Virus record (IMG/VR): IMGVR_UViG_3300016471_001002
Location: 147,098-211,097 of that record
Length of the DNA: 64,000 nucleotides
Source of the DNA: a virus
Lineage: Duplodnaviria; Caudoviricetes
Direction: 5' to 3' (one strand)
Program-made: the position numbers and the translations under genes
Notes under the pieces: generated by a model
The model's input: the letters and a program-made list of their open reading frames with translations, nothing else
Databases searched by the model: none
What the model was told of the DNA's origin: nothing
Shown here: positions 31,262 through 40,687 of the stretch, piece by piece
Position numbering within the stretch: position 1 is the stretch's first letter
Layout of the letters: each line of letters begins with the position of its first letter

Positions 31262-31996
31262 TTATTGATTTTGTTTATATAGTTCTCTGAACTTCTTTGT
31301 TGTGATTCCGTAATCCAACAAAACCAGGCATCCTTCATCTGTAATTCCCCAAGAAGACAACTTCGCAAGATCCCCTGGTAACATGTCTTTGTACCTTTCC
31401 ATGAAGGAAGAAATTGCAGATAAAAAGTCATTGCCGGTCATGCAGTTTTCTCTTCCCACGGGTTGAACTCGTTGTGCAACCCCAGGTTTTTGTCCTCCCA
31501 CAGGTGCAGTGGCATCATATTCTGATCTTGCAGATAGTCCCATCATTTTTCTTACTTCATTCCACGGAACTCCTATAATTTTTTCCGCTTTAGAAACTTC
31601 TGCATCATGAAGAGGGATGACTTTTTTTGAAACGACCCAATAAAATTCTGGATCATAATCTAATACTCCAGAAATGATCGATTCTACTTGAGGATCTCTT
31701 CCCGCCGTGACTTCAAGTTCATTTTGTGCCAGACCTTTTTCATCTCTAGCCAATTTAACTACTGAATTTCCGTCAAGCTCAAACACTAATCGTGAACTTC
31801 CTTCTCCGATTTGCTTTAATCCAAATTTGCTCAATGCTTTAAGCATTGCCTCAAAAGGAGTTTTTGATTCCCATTCTTCTGGGCTTTGGTATGCAGCAGT
31901 TATCCAATCAAGCGGATCAGAAGACGTTTCAACGTCTTCCATCGCTATTTCATTGATCAATTCTCTGATATAAGCTTTCAATAAATTTTTTTTCAT
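31262..31996 (-). CDS. protein kinase-like (PKL fold) protein with leader-like N-terminus
   Basis: IGEGSSRLVF (Gly loop), VVKLA (Lys), QNELE (helix C Glu), GDL...SSWG, LVLLDYG (DFG-equivalent). Confidence 0.7.
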   Translation of the reverse strand: MKKNLLKAYIRELINEIAMEDVETSSDPLDWITAAYQSPEEWESKTPFEAMLKALSKFGLKQIGEGSSRLVFELDGNSVVKLARDEKGLAQNELEVTAGRDPQVESIISGVLDYDPEFYWVVSKKVIPLHDAEVSKAEKIIGVPWNEVRKMMGLSARSEYDATAPVGGQKPGVAQRVQPVGRENCMTGNDFLSAISSFMERYKDMLPGDLAKLSSWGITDEGCLVLLDYGITTKKFRELYKQNQ

Positions 31997-32022
31997 ATCT
32001 CATTATAATTAACTCAGTAATC

Positions 32023-32244
32023 ATGAAAATTAAATTAAATGAGCTTAGAAAAATTATTAGAGAAATAATTGAAGAAGATTCCATTGATCAAGGACATGAA
32101 CAATCAGGAGATCCCGAATTGGTCCAATTAAACCACCAAGGTGACGGAAGCGAATACGATCAAATGGGAAATGAGGAAAATAATCAATCATTCGTTTCTA
32201 CACTCTTAAGCCAGATGAACTTATCAAAAGCTCCCTTTTCGTGA
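32023..32244 (+). CDS. small acidic protein with shared MKIKLNELRKIIRE leader
   Basis: N-terminal motif. Confidence 0.65.
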   Translation: MKIKLNELRKIIREIIEEDSIDQGHEQSGDPELVQLNHQGDGSEYDQMGNEENNQSFVSTLLSQMNLSKAPFS

Positions 32245-32519
32245 CGCTTTCGTTTCGTTTTTAAATCTAAATCAGCATCGATAAAACCGTGTTGATATAC
32301 CAACGCCAACAAAACCTCGTAAACGTCTGCAGCTTCTTCTAGAAATTCATTCGCGTCTTTCGAAGTAGAAGCTTCGATAAGCTCATCGACTTCTTCTCTG
32401 AGTTTGTCTACCAGCGCGGGAATCCTTTGTTCCTTGACAACGCTAACCCACTTGGCTTCCTTACCAGATTTTTTGATTAATTCAGGAATATTGTCTCGAA
32501 CGAGTTTATTTGTTTTCAT
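32184..32519 (-). CDS. MazG-like nucleoside triphosphate pyrophosphohydrolase (PRA-PH-like)
   Basis: KLVRDNIPELI...KLREEVDE...LEEAADVYEVL...KRHEKGAF. Confidence 0.85.
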   Translation of the reverse strand: MKTNKLVRDNIPELIKKSGKEAKWVSVVKEQRIPALVDKLREEVDELIEASTSKDANEFLEEAADVYEVLLALVYQHGFIDADLDLKTKRKRHEKGAFDKFIWLKSVETND

Positions 32520-33180
32520 TTGCAGTTGACTCCAGTGCGCTATAATCTTCGATATTTCCTTCTTGAACGTCTACCACTTTCATATCGCGAGGGTTGATAA
32601 TCGTATGAAGAGGCGTGGCAAAAGCTGATGAAATTGAGAAGGTAAAATTCGGATCTACTCCTACTGCAATATCGATTAATCCGTATTGCGATTTCCACTG
32701 AAATGTAGAAGAAGCTGTTGGTGGTCCATTTGCTTCACTGTTTGTCGTCATTAAAACTACAATTTTAATTCCCAACCCTTGCGAAGACCAGTCTTCTGCC
32801 AAATTTTGTAGTTGTTTCGCCTCGGAAGCGCAAGCAGAGCATTCGTATTTTGAAGTGATGACCAAAACAGCATTAATACTCTTGCTCCCATCGGGGTCGT
32901 ACCATTGATGAGGACTTAACGTATTCAATTGTGATGTATTCGGATCTCCCTCTAGATATCCTGGCCATGTTAAGGATTCTGAAATGGTTTGACCAACGTT
33001 GTAACCAACATTTTCTTGGGGCCATGTGGGTTGTCCGTCACCTGATGAAGTTGATGAGACCGATGAAGTAACTGTCACGCCAACAGACGTTTGAGAACCA
33101 AAGATGTTTTTTCCTTCAAAGTCCCTGTTAGGTCCACACCCGACGAGAAGACTAATGAGACCAATCAAACTTTTCTTCAT
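32506..33180 (-). CDS. thioredoxin-fold lipoprotein
   Basis: Lipobox LLVGC; Ser/Thr linker; YDPDGSKSINAVLV...CSAC; TPLHTIINPRDMKV. Confidence 0.7.
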   Translation of the reverse strand: MKKSLIGLISLLVGCGPNRDFEGKNIFGSQTSVGVTVTSSVSSTSSGDGQPTWPQENVGYNVGQTISESLTWPGYLEGDPNTSQLNTLSPHQWYDPDGSKSINAVLVITSKYECSACASEAKQLQNLAEDWSSQGLGIKIVVLMTTNSEANGPPTASSTFQWKSQYGLIDIAVGVDPNFTFSISSAFATPLHTIINPRDMKVVDVQEGNIEDYSALESTANENK

Positions 33181-33740
33181 GACTTTCTCCTGCGCTTAGA
33201 GCTCACGTAATCGTGCATTGCAATCGAAGCAGCTGCTCCGACATTCATACTTCGAACAGAACCGTAGTTTGGAATCTCAACAAACTTGTCGCATAGACTC
33301 AACACTTCTTGTGGAATTCCATTGCATTCTTCGCCGACGACGATGCAGGGCGGCTTTTCAAAGTTCCAGTTAAAATCGTATAAAGACACGGTTTCGGAAA
33401 TGTTGTTCTCAAGGGCGACTAATGTGTAATTCTTTTTGATTTCAAAGACGCCATCGATATCATCGATAAATTGCATCTTTGTGTAGTTGTGAACGCCAAC
33501 GCAACCTCTTCGATCGAATTTCTTTCTTCCTAAATAATAGAAATCCCGCGCACCGTGGAAGTTTGCAGATCGCAACACTGTTCCAATGTTAAAGTCACCG
33601 CTGATGTGCGTCATCAGGATTGCAAATTCGTTTGAGCGTTGATCCAAACGTTGGTTGATTTCTTCGTTCGTCAATCCCTTAAATTCATCGATGACATTTC
33701 GTGTCCACTGGCAAAATGGGCTTTCTGGATCATAGGGCAT
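33177..33740 (-). CDS. SpoU/TrmH family RNA 2'-O-methyltransferase
   Basis: DFNIGTVLRSANFHG; IVVGEECNGIP; VEIPNYGSVRSMNVGAAASIAM (SPOUT motifs). Confidence 0.9.
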   Translation of the reverse strand: MPYDPESPFCQWTRNVIDEFKGLTNEEINQRLDQRSNEFAILMTHISGDFNIGTVLRSANFHGARDFYYLGRKKFDRRGCVGVHNYTKMQFIDDIDGVFEIKKNYTLVALENNISETVSLYDFNWNFEKPPCIVVGEECNGIPQEVLSLCDKFVEIPNYGSVRSMNVGAAASIAMHDYVSSKRRRKS

Positions 33741-33819
33741 GATATGATCATATCAATTTAATTGTTACATTTGCACTTATTTCCGTTGAATACACTTTCT
33801 TGAACGAATACGTATTCAT

Positions 33820-34392
33820 ATGCGAAGTTCAACTAGCAAAGTTGTCGCTTCTTTACTGATGTTGTTGATGATGATTACGACGTCGATCAGCCCATCTGCA
33901 TGTGGTCCAACGGTCATATATACAGGCGGTAATAGAGATGTTTTAAATGAGTCAGAGAAAGCAGAAGTTTGTGTCGACGTAAATAAGAAATATTTGCCAG
34001 AAGTACTGGATGCAATTTATGCTTGGGATTCAGCGATAAGAAACTGGAAGCACCTAGTTCCCAGGTTAGGTCCAGACTTTGATGATTGCAATTACATAAT
34101 AAAAGAGGTCGATCCAGACGATGATACCGGTCCAAGGACTCTTGGCGCGACTTCAAGATTGTTTGGAAGAGAAATTAAACTATACCGTGGAAGATATGAG
34201 ATCGATCCGTTGTCAATTACTCTTCATGAAATAGGTCATGCTTTAGGTGCAAGACACATGCCAGGTACTATGATGAATGATGAGATCATTTATTTTAAAT
34301 ACAGGTGTCCTGACGCTGCTACTGTTGCTCAAGTTGCCGTAGCAAATGGAATCGACCCAAGCACTCTTTCGTGGTGTAGGCAATCTTTTTAA
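33820..34392 (+). CDS. secreted matrixin-like (M10/metzincin) metallopeptidase
   Basis: Signal-like N-term; LHEIGHALGARH, then Met-turn GTMM. Confidence 0.8.
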   Translation: MRSSTSKVVASLLMLLMMITTSISPSACGPTVIYTGGNRDVLNESEKAEVCVDVNKKYLPEVLDAIYAWDSAIRNWKHLVPRLGPDFDDCNYIIKEVDPDDDTGPRTLGATSRLFGREIKLYRGRYEIDPLSITLHEIGHALGARHMPGTMMNDEIIYFKYRCPDAATVAQVAVANGIDPSTLSWCRQSF

Positions 34393-35271
34393 TCATCCGT
34401 ACAATGACATATACCGTTCGCCTCTATCGCACAACATAGTTACAACAATTCCGTCGGGTTTGTTTGCGTCTATCCATCGTTCTGAAGCCACAAGGTTTGC
34501 CCCTGAACTAATCCCGACGAGCAAACCAGTTTCTTTTGCAAACCGTTTGGCTCTTTCAATTGCCTCTTCTGTCTTCACGATGATGGTTTCATCCATGTCG
34601 GCTTGCTTCGCCAAAAAATCCCTTCCGTCTCCAATGCCTTGAATCCCGTGCGGCGACTCGGCGGGGATGACCATACAAACTTTGACATGACCATTGTCTT
34701 TCAAGAATCCAGATTCATTACGAACATATTGTCTAATACCTTCGATTGTTCCACCTGTCCCAGACCCATGGATGAATGCAGACCACTTCACTCCCATCAA
34801 CCAAGTCTTCATGGATATTTCTGGCGCTGTTATCGTACGATGGCACTCAACGTTGTCAGGGTTACTAAACTGCATCGGAGACCATGACCCAGGATTCGCT
34901 ACAATAAATTCGTCTCTCATCTTTATAGCCGCTTCAAAGTCGCTGGGAGGCGCCTCGACAATCTCAGCTCCATAAACGCGCATCATCTGCTTTCGTTCTT
35001 CAGACATGTTACTCGGCATGAAGATGACGCATCTGGAACTAAGACTCGCAGCTAATGCGCTTAAAGATATACCTGAATTTCCGCTTGTCGCTTCGCACAA
35101 GACAGTACCAGACTTGACGTGACCAGATTCGATTGCTTTACACAGCACATAGGCAATCATTCTGTCCTTCACAGACCCGGCAGGATTAAATGTTTCTAAT
35201 TTGGCATATAGTTTATCTGAAATCTTTATCAGGGGAGTATTTCCACATGCTTTCTTGAATTCTTCAGACAT
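34393..35271 (-). CDS. cysK: cysteine synthase (PLP-dependent, CysK/CysM family)
   Basis: GNTPLI, KLETFNPAGSVKDR, EATSGNSGI, GSGTGGT, HGIQGIG, GLLVGISSGAN, CDRGERY. Confidence 0.92.
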   Translation of the reverse strand: MSEEFKKACGNTPLIKISDKLYAKLETFNPAGSVKDRMIAYVLCKAIESGHVKSGTVLCEATSGNSGISLSALAASLSSRCVIFMPSNMSEERKQMMRVYGAEIVEAPPSDFEAAIKMRDEFIVANPGSWSPMQFSNPDNVECHRTITAPEISMKTWLMGVKWSAFIHGSGTGGTIEGIRQYVRNESGFLKDNGHVKVCMVIPAESPHGIQGIGDGRDFLAKQADMDETIIVKTEEAIERAKRFAKETGLLVGISSGANLVASERWIDANKPDGIVVTMLCDRGERYMSLYG

Positions 35272-35281
35272 ACGTAAGTAA

Positions 35282-35539
35282 CTATACTCCTTGAAGGTCT
35301 AATTTTTTTAACCTGCTAATAAATGTCCATCCGACTTTTCCGCATGATGAGACAACCTTTATCGAATAATCTCTAGAAGATGATTTTTCATCAATCTCGA
35401 TGACGACCAAAAGTCCATCCGGATGTACATGACCGATGTCTGCAGAAATATTCATTCCTGATTGAGGTCTTAACCAAATTCCACCATTATACCCAGGGTC
35501 GATGCCTGTAAGTTCTCCAACCTTAAACCCGGATCTCAT
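35282..35539 (-). CDS. small SH3-like hypothetical protein
   Basis: FKVGEL...GKVGW. Confidence 0.55.
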   Translation of the reverse strand: MRSGFKVGELTGIDPGYNGGIWLRPQSGMNISADIGHVHPDGLLVVIEIDEKSSSRDYSIKVVSSCGKVGWTFISRLKKLDLQGV

Positions 35540-35598
35540 TTATAGAGATTATATCTTTTAATTCAAAAGATTAATTTATACTTTATTTTAAGCTGCTT

Positions 35599-36852
35599 AT
35601 GAAACAAATACCAACACCAGAACAAATCAAACAACTTCAACAAAACTGTTATAACATCCAGGAATGGCTCGATCATGTGCATGGGTTTTGCCAAGATATT
35701 ATTAACGAAGCTTACTTCAAGCTTTCGCAAGATGGCAAGACAGATCCCACTCAAAAATGGGTATCTGGTATCATGGACGTTGCTATGGCCGTTCTAGCTG
35801 ACATCGATTTTCCAGGTGCTGCAATCACTGGTTATGCGATACAGGGTCTTGTTGGATCTTTCTCTAGCGACACCCCTGAATCTCTCAATAAGGCTTTCGG
35901 TGACGTGTGGGGCAGATTTTCAGCCACTTTCCAAACGATGCAAGATTCCTTCGGCGATTATGCTACTAACCCAGAGGAAAACTGGGATAAGACGATCAAC
36001 GATCCTTTCACAGGAAAGACTTTTACAGTGAGCGACTTGGGTCGAGGCGACGTGTTCTTCCCCAGTAGAAATCCTCAGGTGGTAGACCAGAGGTTTTATA
36101 ACCCAGCAAAATACGACGAAGCGTCAGACAAAACCGTAGCAGCTTTCAAATACAATCTCGTCAAGAACGTGATCGGTAAGAAGTGGAACATTCTTCATTC
36201 TCCAAAGAATGACTTCTGGGATGGCTGGTCTGACGACGATGCTCGAAAGTTTGCAAAGGATCAAACGAATTCCAATAGAGACATCATAGTTCTATGGTGG
36301 CCTGACCAAGATGGATCTTGTGCCGGATGCCCAAACAATGGTATGTCAGTGACGGAACCACGTCTGGGAGTAGGTGATTGGTACTCTAGCTGGGACTATT
36401 ACCATGGAGAAAGCGCATCAAAGGATATGTGCGATTGGCTCATGCAAGATGATGGTTACGGTACCATACTCAATCCTGACGCTATCACAACTCGACACGA
36501 TGTATTCTACAATTGGCCTATGGAGGGTAATTTGACAGATCATCCAGAGGGTCGAACGGGGGTTAGTAAAGACCTACCGCCAGTTACAGAAGAGAGTCGA
36601 GAAAGAGCTAGGGATTGGCATAACCTCTTTTCAAATGTTTCTCGTAGTGAGTTAGAGGCTGGACTTGTACAAAAAACGATAGATGATCCATCATTCAAGG
36701 CTAATTTGGTTCGTAATCCAAAGGAAGCAATAGAAAATTACCTTGGATTGAAGATCCCAGAAGAAGTCAAATTAGAAGTGATCTTGGAAAAACCAGGCGA
36801 TTACAAGTTGGTGCTTCCCTATGTCGGTAGACCAAAAAAATCCGGTCATTAG
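35599..36852 (+). CDS. hypothetical protein with C-terminal NHLP (nitrile-hydratase-like leader peptide) domain
   Basis: C-term RSELEAGLVQKTIDDPSFKANLVRNPKEAIENYLGLKIPEEVKLEVILEKPGDYKLVLPY. Confidence 0.7.
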   Translation: MKQIPTPEQIKQLQQNCYNIQEWLDHVHGFCQDIINEAYFKLSQDGKTDPTQKWVSGIMDVAMAVLADIDFPGAAITGYAIQGLVGSFSSDTPESLNKAFGDVWGRFSATFQTMQDSFGDYATNPEENWDKTINDPFTGKTFTVSDLGRGDVFFPSRNPQVVDQRFYNPAKYDEASDKTVAAFKYNLVKNVIGKKWNILHSPKNDFWDGWSDDDARKFAKDQTNSNRDIIVLWWPDQDGSCAGCPNNGMSVTEPRLGVGDWYSSWDYYHGESASKDMCDWLMQDDGYGTILNPDAITTRHDVFYNWPMEGNLTDHPEGRTGVSKDLPPVTEESRERARDWHNLFSNVSRSELEAGLVQKTIDDPSFKANLVRNPKEAIENYLGLKIPEEVKLEVILEKPGDYKLVLPYVGRPKKSGH

Positions 36853-37139
36853 TATCTACGGTTTATGCTTCCGCTGGGATACATTTGAATGTCTAATGCA
36901 TAATACGGTAGAGTTGTTTCACCTAGTCTTCCAGCAACCCTGTAAGCAAATTTTGTTCCATTTACTTTCATTTCTTCAAGAACAACGACTAATTCATTCA
37001 TCCAAATTGGTCCACCGATCGGTAAAACTCTAGCTAAACAACCAACTTCGACAGGCAACCAAACAGTAGGTTGCGCCCATGATGGCGTTTCTACTTTCCA
37101 TTCTCCCAAGCTACTGCTGGGTATGATGGACCATGCCAT
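36849..37139 (-). CDS. hypothetical protein
   Basis: ATATTTA-N5-ATG motif upstream. Confidence 0.5.
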   Translation of the reverse strand: MAWSIIPSSSLGEWKVETPSWAQPTVWLPVEVGCLARVLPIGGPIWMNELVVVLEEMKVNGTKFAYRVAGRLGETTLPYYALDIQMYPSGSINRRY

Positions 37140-37191
37140 GACAATAAATATTCGTCATGGAATTAATTCTGAAATTCTTCTTATAGAAGAA

Positions 37192-37656
37192 TCAAGTTCC
37201 TAGCGAACCGCCTTTTCCGCCTAAAAACTCAACCGGTTGACCTGTACGAGTATCAATCACTTGACTTCTTGAACGGCCATACTGAACGTCACGTTCAGAT
37301 GTTACATCTGCTTCTTTGAAGAATCCTTTCAGTTTTTCGTAATCGTTGTGCATTTCTTCAACTTGATCACGGTTCACATCCATGTTGAAATACATGTCTA
37401 TGTAATTTGGCATCGCTTTTGGAGCTTTTTCCTTGACTGCATCAAAAAAACGATAGTAGTCGCCTTGAGCTTCTTCTTTTAACGCATCGATGTTTGGAAT
37501 TTTTGATACAAGCTGTAACCAAAGACCAAGATGCTTTTGCCCTTCTTTGAACTTTGCATAATCTTTTGCGGATTGTTCTGGCGTTACATTTTCAGAAATA
37601 ACTCTAGAAACTTCTTCTTTAATGATGCTACGTAATTGTCCGACAGTAATCTTCAT
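37192..37656 (-). CDS. hypothetical protein with shared MKITVGQLRSIIKEE leader
   Basis: Leader plus ATAGTTA-N6-ATG. Confidence 0.7.
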   Translation of the reverse strand: MKITVGQLRSIIKEEVSRVISENVTPEQSAKDYAKFKEGQKHLGLWLQLVSKIPNIDALKEEAQGDYYRFFDAVKEKAPKAMPNYIDMYFNMDVNRDQVEEMHNDYEKLKGFFKEADVTSERDVQYGRSRSQVIDTRTGQPVEFLGGKGGSLGT

Positions 37657-37685
37657 GGGATATAACTATACCTTATTAGAGAAAA

Positions 37686-38228
37686 TTATTTCTCCCAATA
37701 CACTGTTTCTCCCCTACGATAATATTTCATATTCAATTTTGCGTCATCGCTTGTGAAGTGTTTATCTTTAAATGTAACAAAGTTATTTGGTAACAATCCG
37801 AATTGTCCGCAAGATAATTCAATCAAATTTAAAGGTTTATGTTCTTGAGGGTATCTGCTGTATCCATCTGACCAATCAATTATGATCCCAGTATGTCTAC
37901 CTTCATACTTCGAAGGACGAATGATTTCGCACTCCAATCCCTCTAAATATTTTGCGTGAAAAGTTTGAATATCGTCTCCCATGCAAGACCAAGGCATTAA
38001 GTTTTCTATCTTCTCATCAAAATAGTCAAAAGTCGATAATGCGTGCAATGGAAGACCACTCCAGTTTGCCCCAGATTCCAACATCACGTGACACAATAAA
38101 ACCTGATGTGGTCTTGAATAAACTCCATACCAAATTCCCGATGTACACCCACTAGGCATTGAAGGTCCAAGAAATTCATTTTTCACGTTAACATAAAGAT
38201 GAAACGGAAGATTTTCATTTCTACCCAT
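37686..38228 (-). CDS. conserved phage hypothetical protein
   Basis: NLPFHLYVNVKNEFL...LESGANWSGLPLHAL...QFGLLPNN; start moved to MGRNE. Confidence 0.6.
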   Translation of the reverse strand: MGRNENLPFHLYVNVKNEFLGPSMPSGCTSGIWYGVYSRPHQVLLCHVMLESGANWSGLPLHALSTFDYFDEKIENLMPWSCMGDDIQTFHAKYLEGLECEIIRPSKYEGRHTGIIIDWSDGYSRYPQEHKPLNLIELSCGQFGLLPNNFVTFKDKHFTSDDAKLNMKYYRRGETVYWEK

Positions 38229-38244
38229 AAAGCCTCTTTCTAAT

Positions 38245-38469
38245 TTAAGATCTTTTCTTCTTTTTCTGCAATTCGCGATCAACAGCAGAATGCCATTCAG
38301 ATAATGTCCATCCCACCTGAGGTAGCAATTCAGTAAAAGCTTTAGAAGTCATGTTAGCTCGAAGATCTGCATTCTCAACGTGCTCCAACGAATCAAATAT
38401 CGCATACCACGCTAACGCTAATTCTTCGTAACTAATCTTCGGCGCACTTTTCGTACTCTTCGACGACAT
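38245..38469 (-). CDS. hypothetical protein
   Basis: 74-aa ORF. Confidence 0.5.
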   Translation of the reverse strand: MSSKSTKSAPKISYEELALAWYAIFDSLEHVENADLRANMTSKAFTELLPQVGWTLSEWHSAVDRELQKKKKRS

Positions 38470-38579
38470 ACAAATATGTATGCGAACTTAATAAAAAATT
38501 CTGAAGAGAACTATAAAGAAGAAAAATAAAAAGTGGACTTTTCTGGACAAAACTTAAGAAGTATTATACAATCTTCACT

Positions 38580-39083
38580 ATGTTAGTGTACGTCTCTCTA
38601 TTCATGTCGATTAATGCAATAGCGTTATCAATTTATTCATTAAATCTATTGAACAAATTAAAAAGAATCCCAGGACCACAAGGAATCCCAGGAATAAAAG
38701 GTGAACAAGGACCTCAAGGAATTCCTGGGGTGCAGGGGATACAAGGACCTCAAGGACTTAAGGGAGAAATTGGGCCGAAAGGAGAAATAGGACCGCAAGG
38801 CCCACAAGGATATGAAGGACCAAAGGGTAACAAAGGGAATAAAGGAGATAAAGGAGATAAAGGAGATCCTGGAACAAAAGGAGAAATAGGACCGCAAGGC
38901 CAACCAGGACCGGTTGGTATAAAAGGAGATCCTGGAACAAAAGGAGAAATGGGACCGCAAGGTCCGCAAGGTATCCCTGGGCTACAAGGTCCTCCAGGAC
39001 TTAAAGGAGACAGCGGGGGACCTGCAGATCGAGAACTAATAGCTAAATGGGCAAATAAATCTCTTAAATTACCTCAAGAATAA
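38580..39083 (+). CDS. membrane-anchored collagen-like protein
   Basis: N-terminal hydrophobic helix followed by about 40 G-X-Y triplets (GPQ/GIK/GDK). Confidence 0.8.
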   Translation: MLVYVSLFMSINAIALSIYSLNLLNKLKRIPGPQGIPGIKGEQGPQGIPGVQGIQGPQGLKGEIGPKGEIGPQGPQGYEGPKGNKGNKGDKGDKGDPGTKGEIGPQGQPGPVGIKGDPGTKGEMGPQGPQGIPGLQGPPGLKGDSGGPADRELIAKWANKSLKLPQE

Positions 39084-39228
39084 CTTTCATAAATTTCTCT
39101 TATGGTCTTCATCACTTCTTGAAGTTCTTTCGCTTCTTCGTTACGATTTTGGATCCTCAAAAGATATATGATGTCTTGAAGTTGAGATAATACGTTCTCG
39201 TAATTTTCTATCATGTCCATTGTTCTTT

Positions 39229-39450
39229 TTACCGTTGAACAATACGATTCAAATTATTTCTATGCACAAAACCTATGATGCCGTTTTGCGTTGCAACTTG
39301 AGTCCATCCGCTGTCATTTTCGCATGAAATGACGATGACAAAACCTCGACCATTGATTGAATCAACTGCATTATTGAGATCTTCGTCCCACACGGTTGTT
39401 CCAAAGTAATGCTCTTTTGTCATGAGCAATTCGCCCTTTTTGAATCTCAC
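39229..39450 (-). CDS. small SH3-like hypothetical protein
   Basis: GTG start overlapping the upstream TGA; RFKKGELL...GIIGFV. Confidence 0.5.
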   Translation of the reverse strand: MRFKKGELLMTKEHYFGTTVWDEDLNNAVDSINGRGFVIVISCENDSGWTQVATQNGIIGFVHRNNLNRIVQR

Positions 39451-39779
39451 ATACGACCCTTGTGGTTCGTGGCAGTGGACTGCGTCACCGTCTTGAACTT
39501 GACGTTCGGGGTTCGCTTCTGATACCCCAACTGGCAACTTTTTCCAACCATCATTCCACTATTGACCCACCACGCTTGCCGGTACTCCTCACGGTCCTCA
39601 TGCGAATCAAACTTGAGGATGGTGACACCAGCCTGCTTCCCGTCGCCGGCGGACAGACCCAGGTACCTGACAGCGGGTTCCTCAGAACAGTCAGGACACG
39701 TGTTGATCCGACCGCCGGCGAGCCGCTTCGCTAGCGAATTTGAGTCGAAAGAACCACCACAAGAAACGCATTCTCGCAC
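39447..39779 (-). CDS. zinc-ribbon hypothetical protein
   Basis: CVSC...CPDC; GGAG RBS. Confidence 0.6.
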   Translation of the reverse strand: MRECVSCGGSFDSNSLAKRLAGGRINTCPDCSEEPAVRYLGLSAGDGKQAGVTILKFDSHEDREEYRQAWWVNSGMMVGKSCQLGYQKRTPNVKFKTVTQSTATNHKGRM

Positions 39780-39806
39780 GTTGATCTCCTTAATTCGATG
39801 TTGAAC

Positions 39807-39881
39807 TGGTGGGTCGCCTGTGAGTCGAACACAGTTCAGAAGGTTAAAAGCCTACTGCATCACCACTAATGCTTGCAACCC
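39807..39881 (-). tRNA. trnK: tRNA-Lys (UUU)
   Basis: GGGTTGC/GCGACCC-A-CCA; anticodon loop CTTTTAA; T-loop TTCGACT. Confidence 0.85.
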
Positions 39882-39926
39882 ATTGATATTGTTAATATAT
39901 CATACTAAGTTAAGACTTTACACGCT

Positions 39927-40598
39927 CTAGAGCTTTTTTATTTCATCCAAACACTTTCTATAGAACTTGCGTCCGATATCCTTTTCGGTAATCCAGAGAT
40001 GTTCATGTTTGGATAAAAGTTTCTTTTTTGCTTCTTGCGTAGAAATATAAGTTTTCCATTTATCAGAAAGCTTATCACCAACGTAAGGAGAAGTGTATTT
40101 TACTTCAACGATAATCTTCCCGTCAATAATGAAATCAGGTTGGTACTTAATACCTTCCCCCTCAAGATAACCCTTGAATCTTTCAATTTTTGAATTTGGA
40201 TGTTGTTCGAGGTACCATTTCAAAAAGGCATACTCTAAAGCAGAGTCGCATCGAATTCCTTCATACGACGTTTTTATGCCGTATCCGATGTTTCCCTTTT
40301 CGATTTCTTTTAATCTAGAAACTCTCCATTTTTCTAGAACAGTTGGATCGGAATGCTGATGATTGATAGCACATTGACAGGAGCAAAACTTTTTATGCTT
40401 CTTTTTTGTAGAAAATTTCTTTTCACATTGTTTACAGGTTTTTTCGTATGGGTCAAGTGTTAACGTCTTACTAACTTTTTCGTTAATCTCTTTTCTTTTA
40501 GACTTTGTAGAAAAACCTCTCGAACATCCCTTAGAACAAAATCTTCCAGAACCATAAGAGCCATCATTGTCAGAACCGCAGTATTCGCATTGTTTCAT
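39927..40598 (-). CDS. putative homing endonuclease (Zn-binding repeats + PD-(D/E)xK domain)
   Basis: CEYC...FCSKGCS, CKQC...FCSCQC; YQPDFIIDGKIIVEVK; start MKQCEY preceded by ATAGTTA-N5. Confidence 0.75.
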   Translation of the reverse strand: MKQCEYCGSDNDGSYGSGRFCSKGCSRGFSTKSKRKEINEKVSKTLTLDPYEKTCKQCEKKFSTKKKHKKFCSCQCAINHQHSDPTVLEKWRVSRLKEIEKGNIGYGIKTSYEGIRCDSALEYAFLKWYLEQHPNSKIERFKGYLEGEGIKYQPDFIIDGKIIVEVKYTSPYVGDKLSDKWKTYISTQEAKKKLLSKHEHLWITEKDIGRKFYRKCLDEIKKL

Positions 40599-40610
40599 GT
40601 AAATAACTAT

Positions 40611-40647
40611 TGGGCTCCAACAAATCGAACCTACAAACAATCGGTTA
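40611..40647 (-). pseudogene. degenerate tRNA 3'-half remnant
   Basis: Minus strand AACCGATTGTTTGTAGGTTCGATTTGTTGGAGCCCA: anticodon-stem 3' side and T-loop GGTTCGA retained, T-stem broken. Confidence 0.45.
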
Positions 40648-40687
40648 TTTTCTAAAACTTTTTTTCATCGTGCGATATATTGATATC

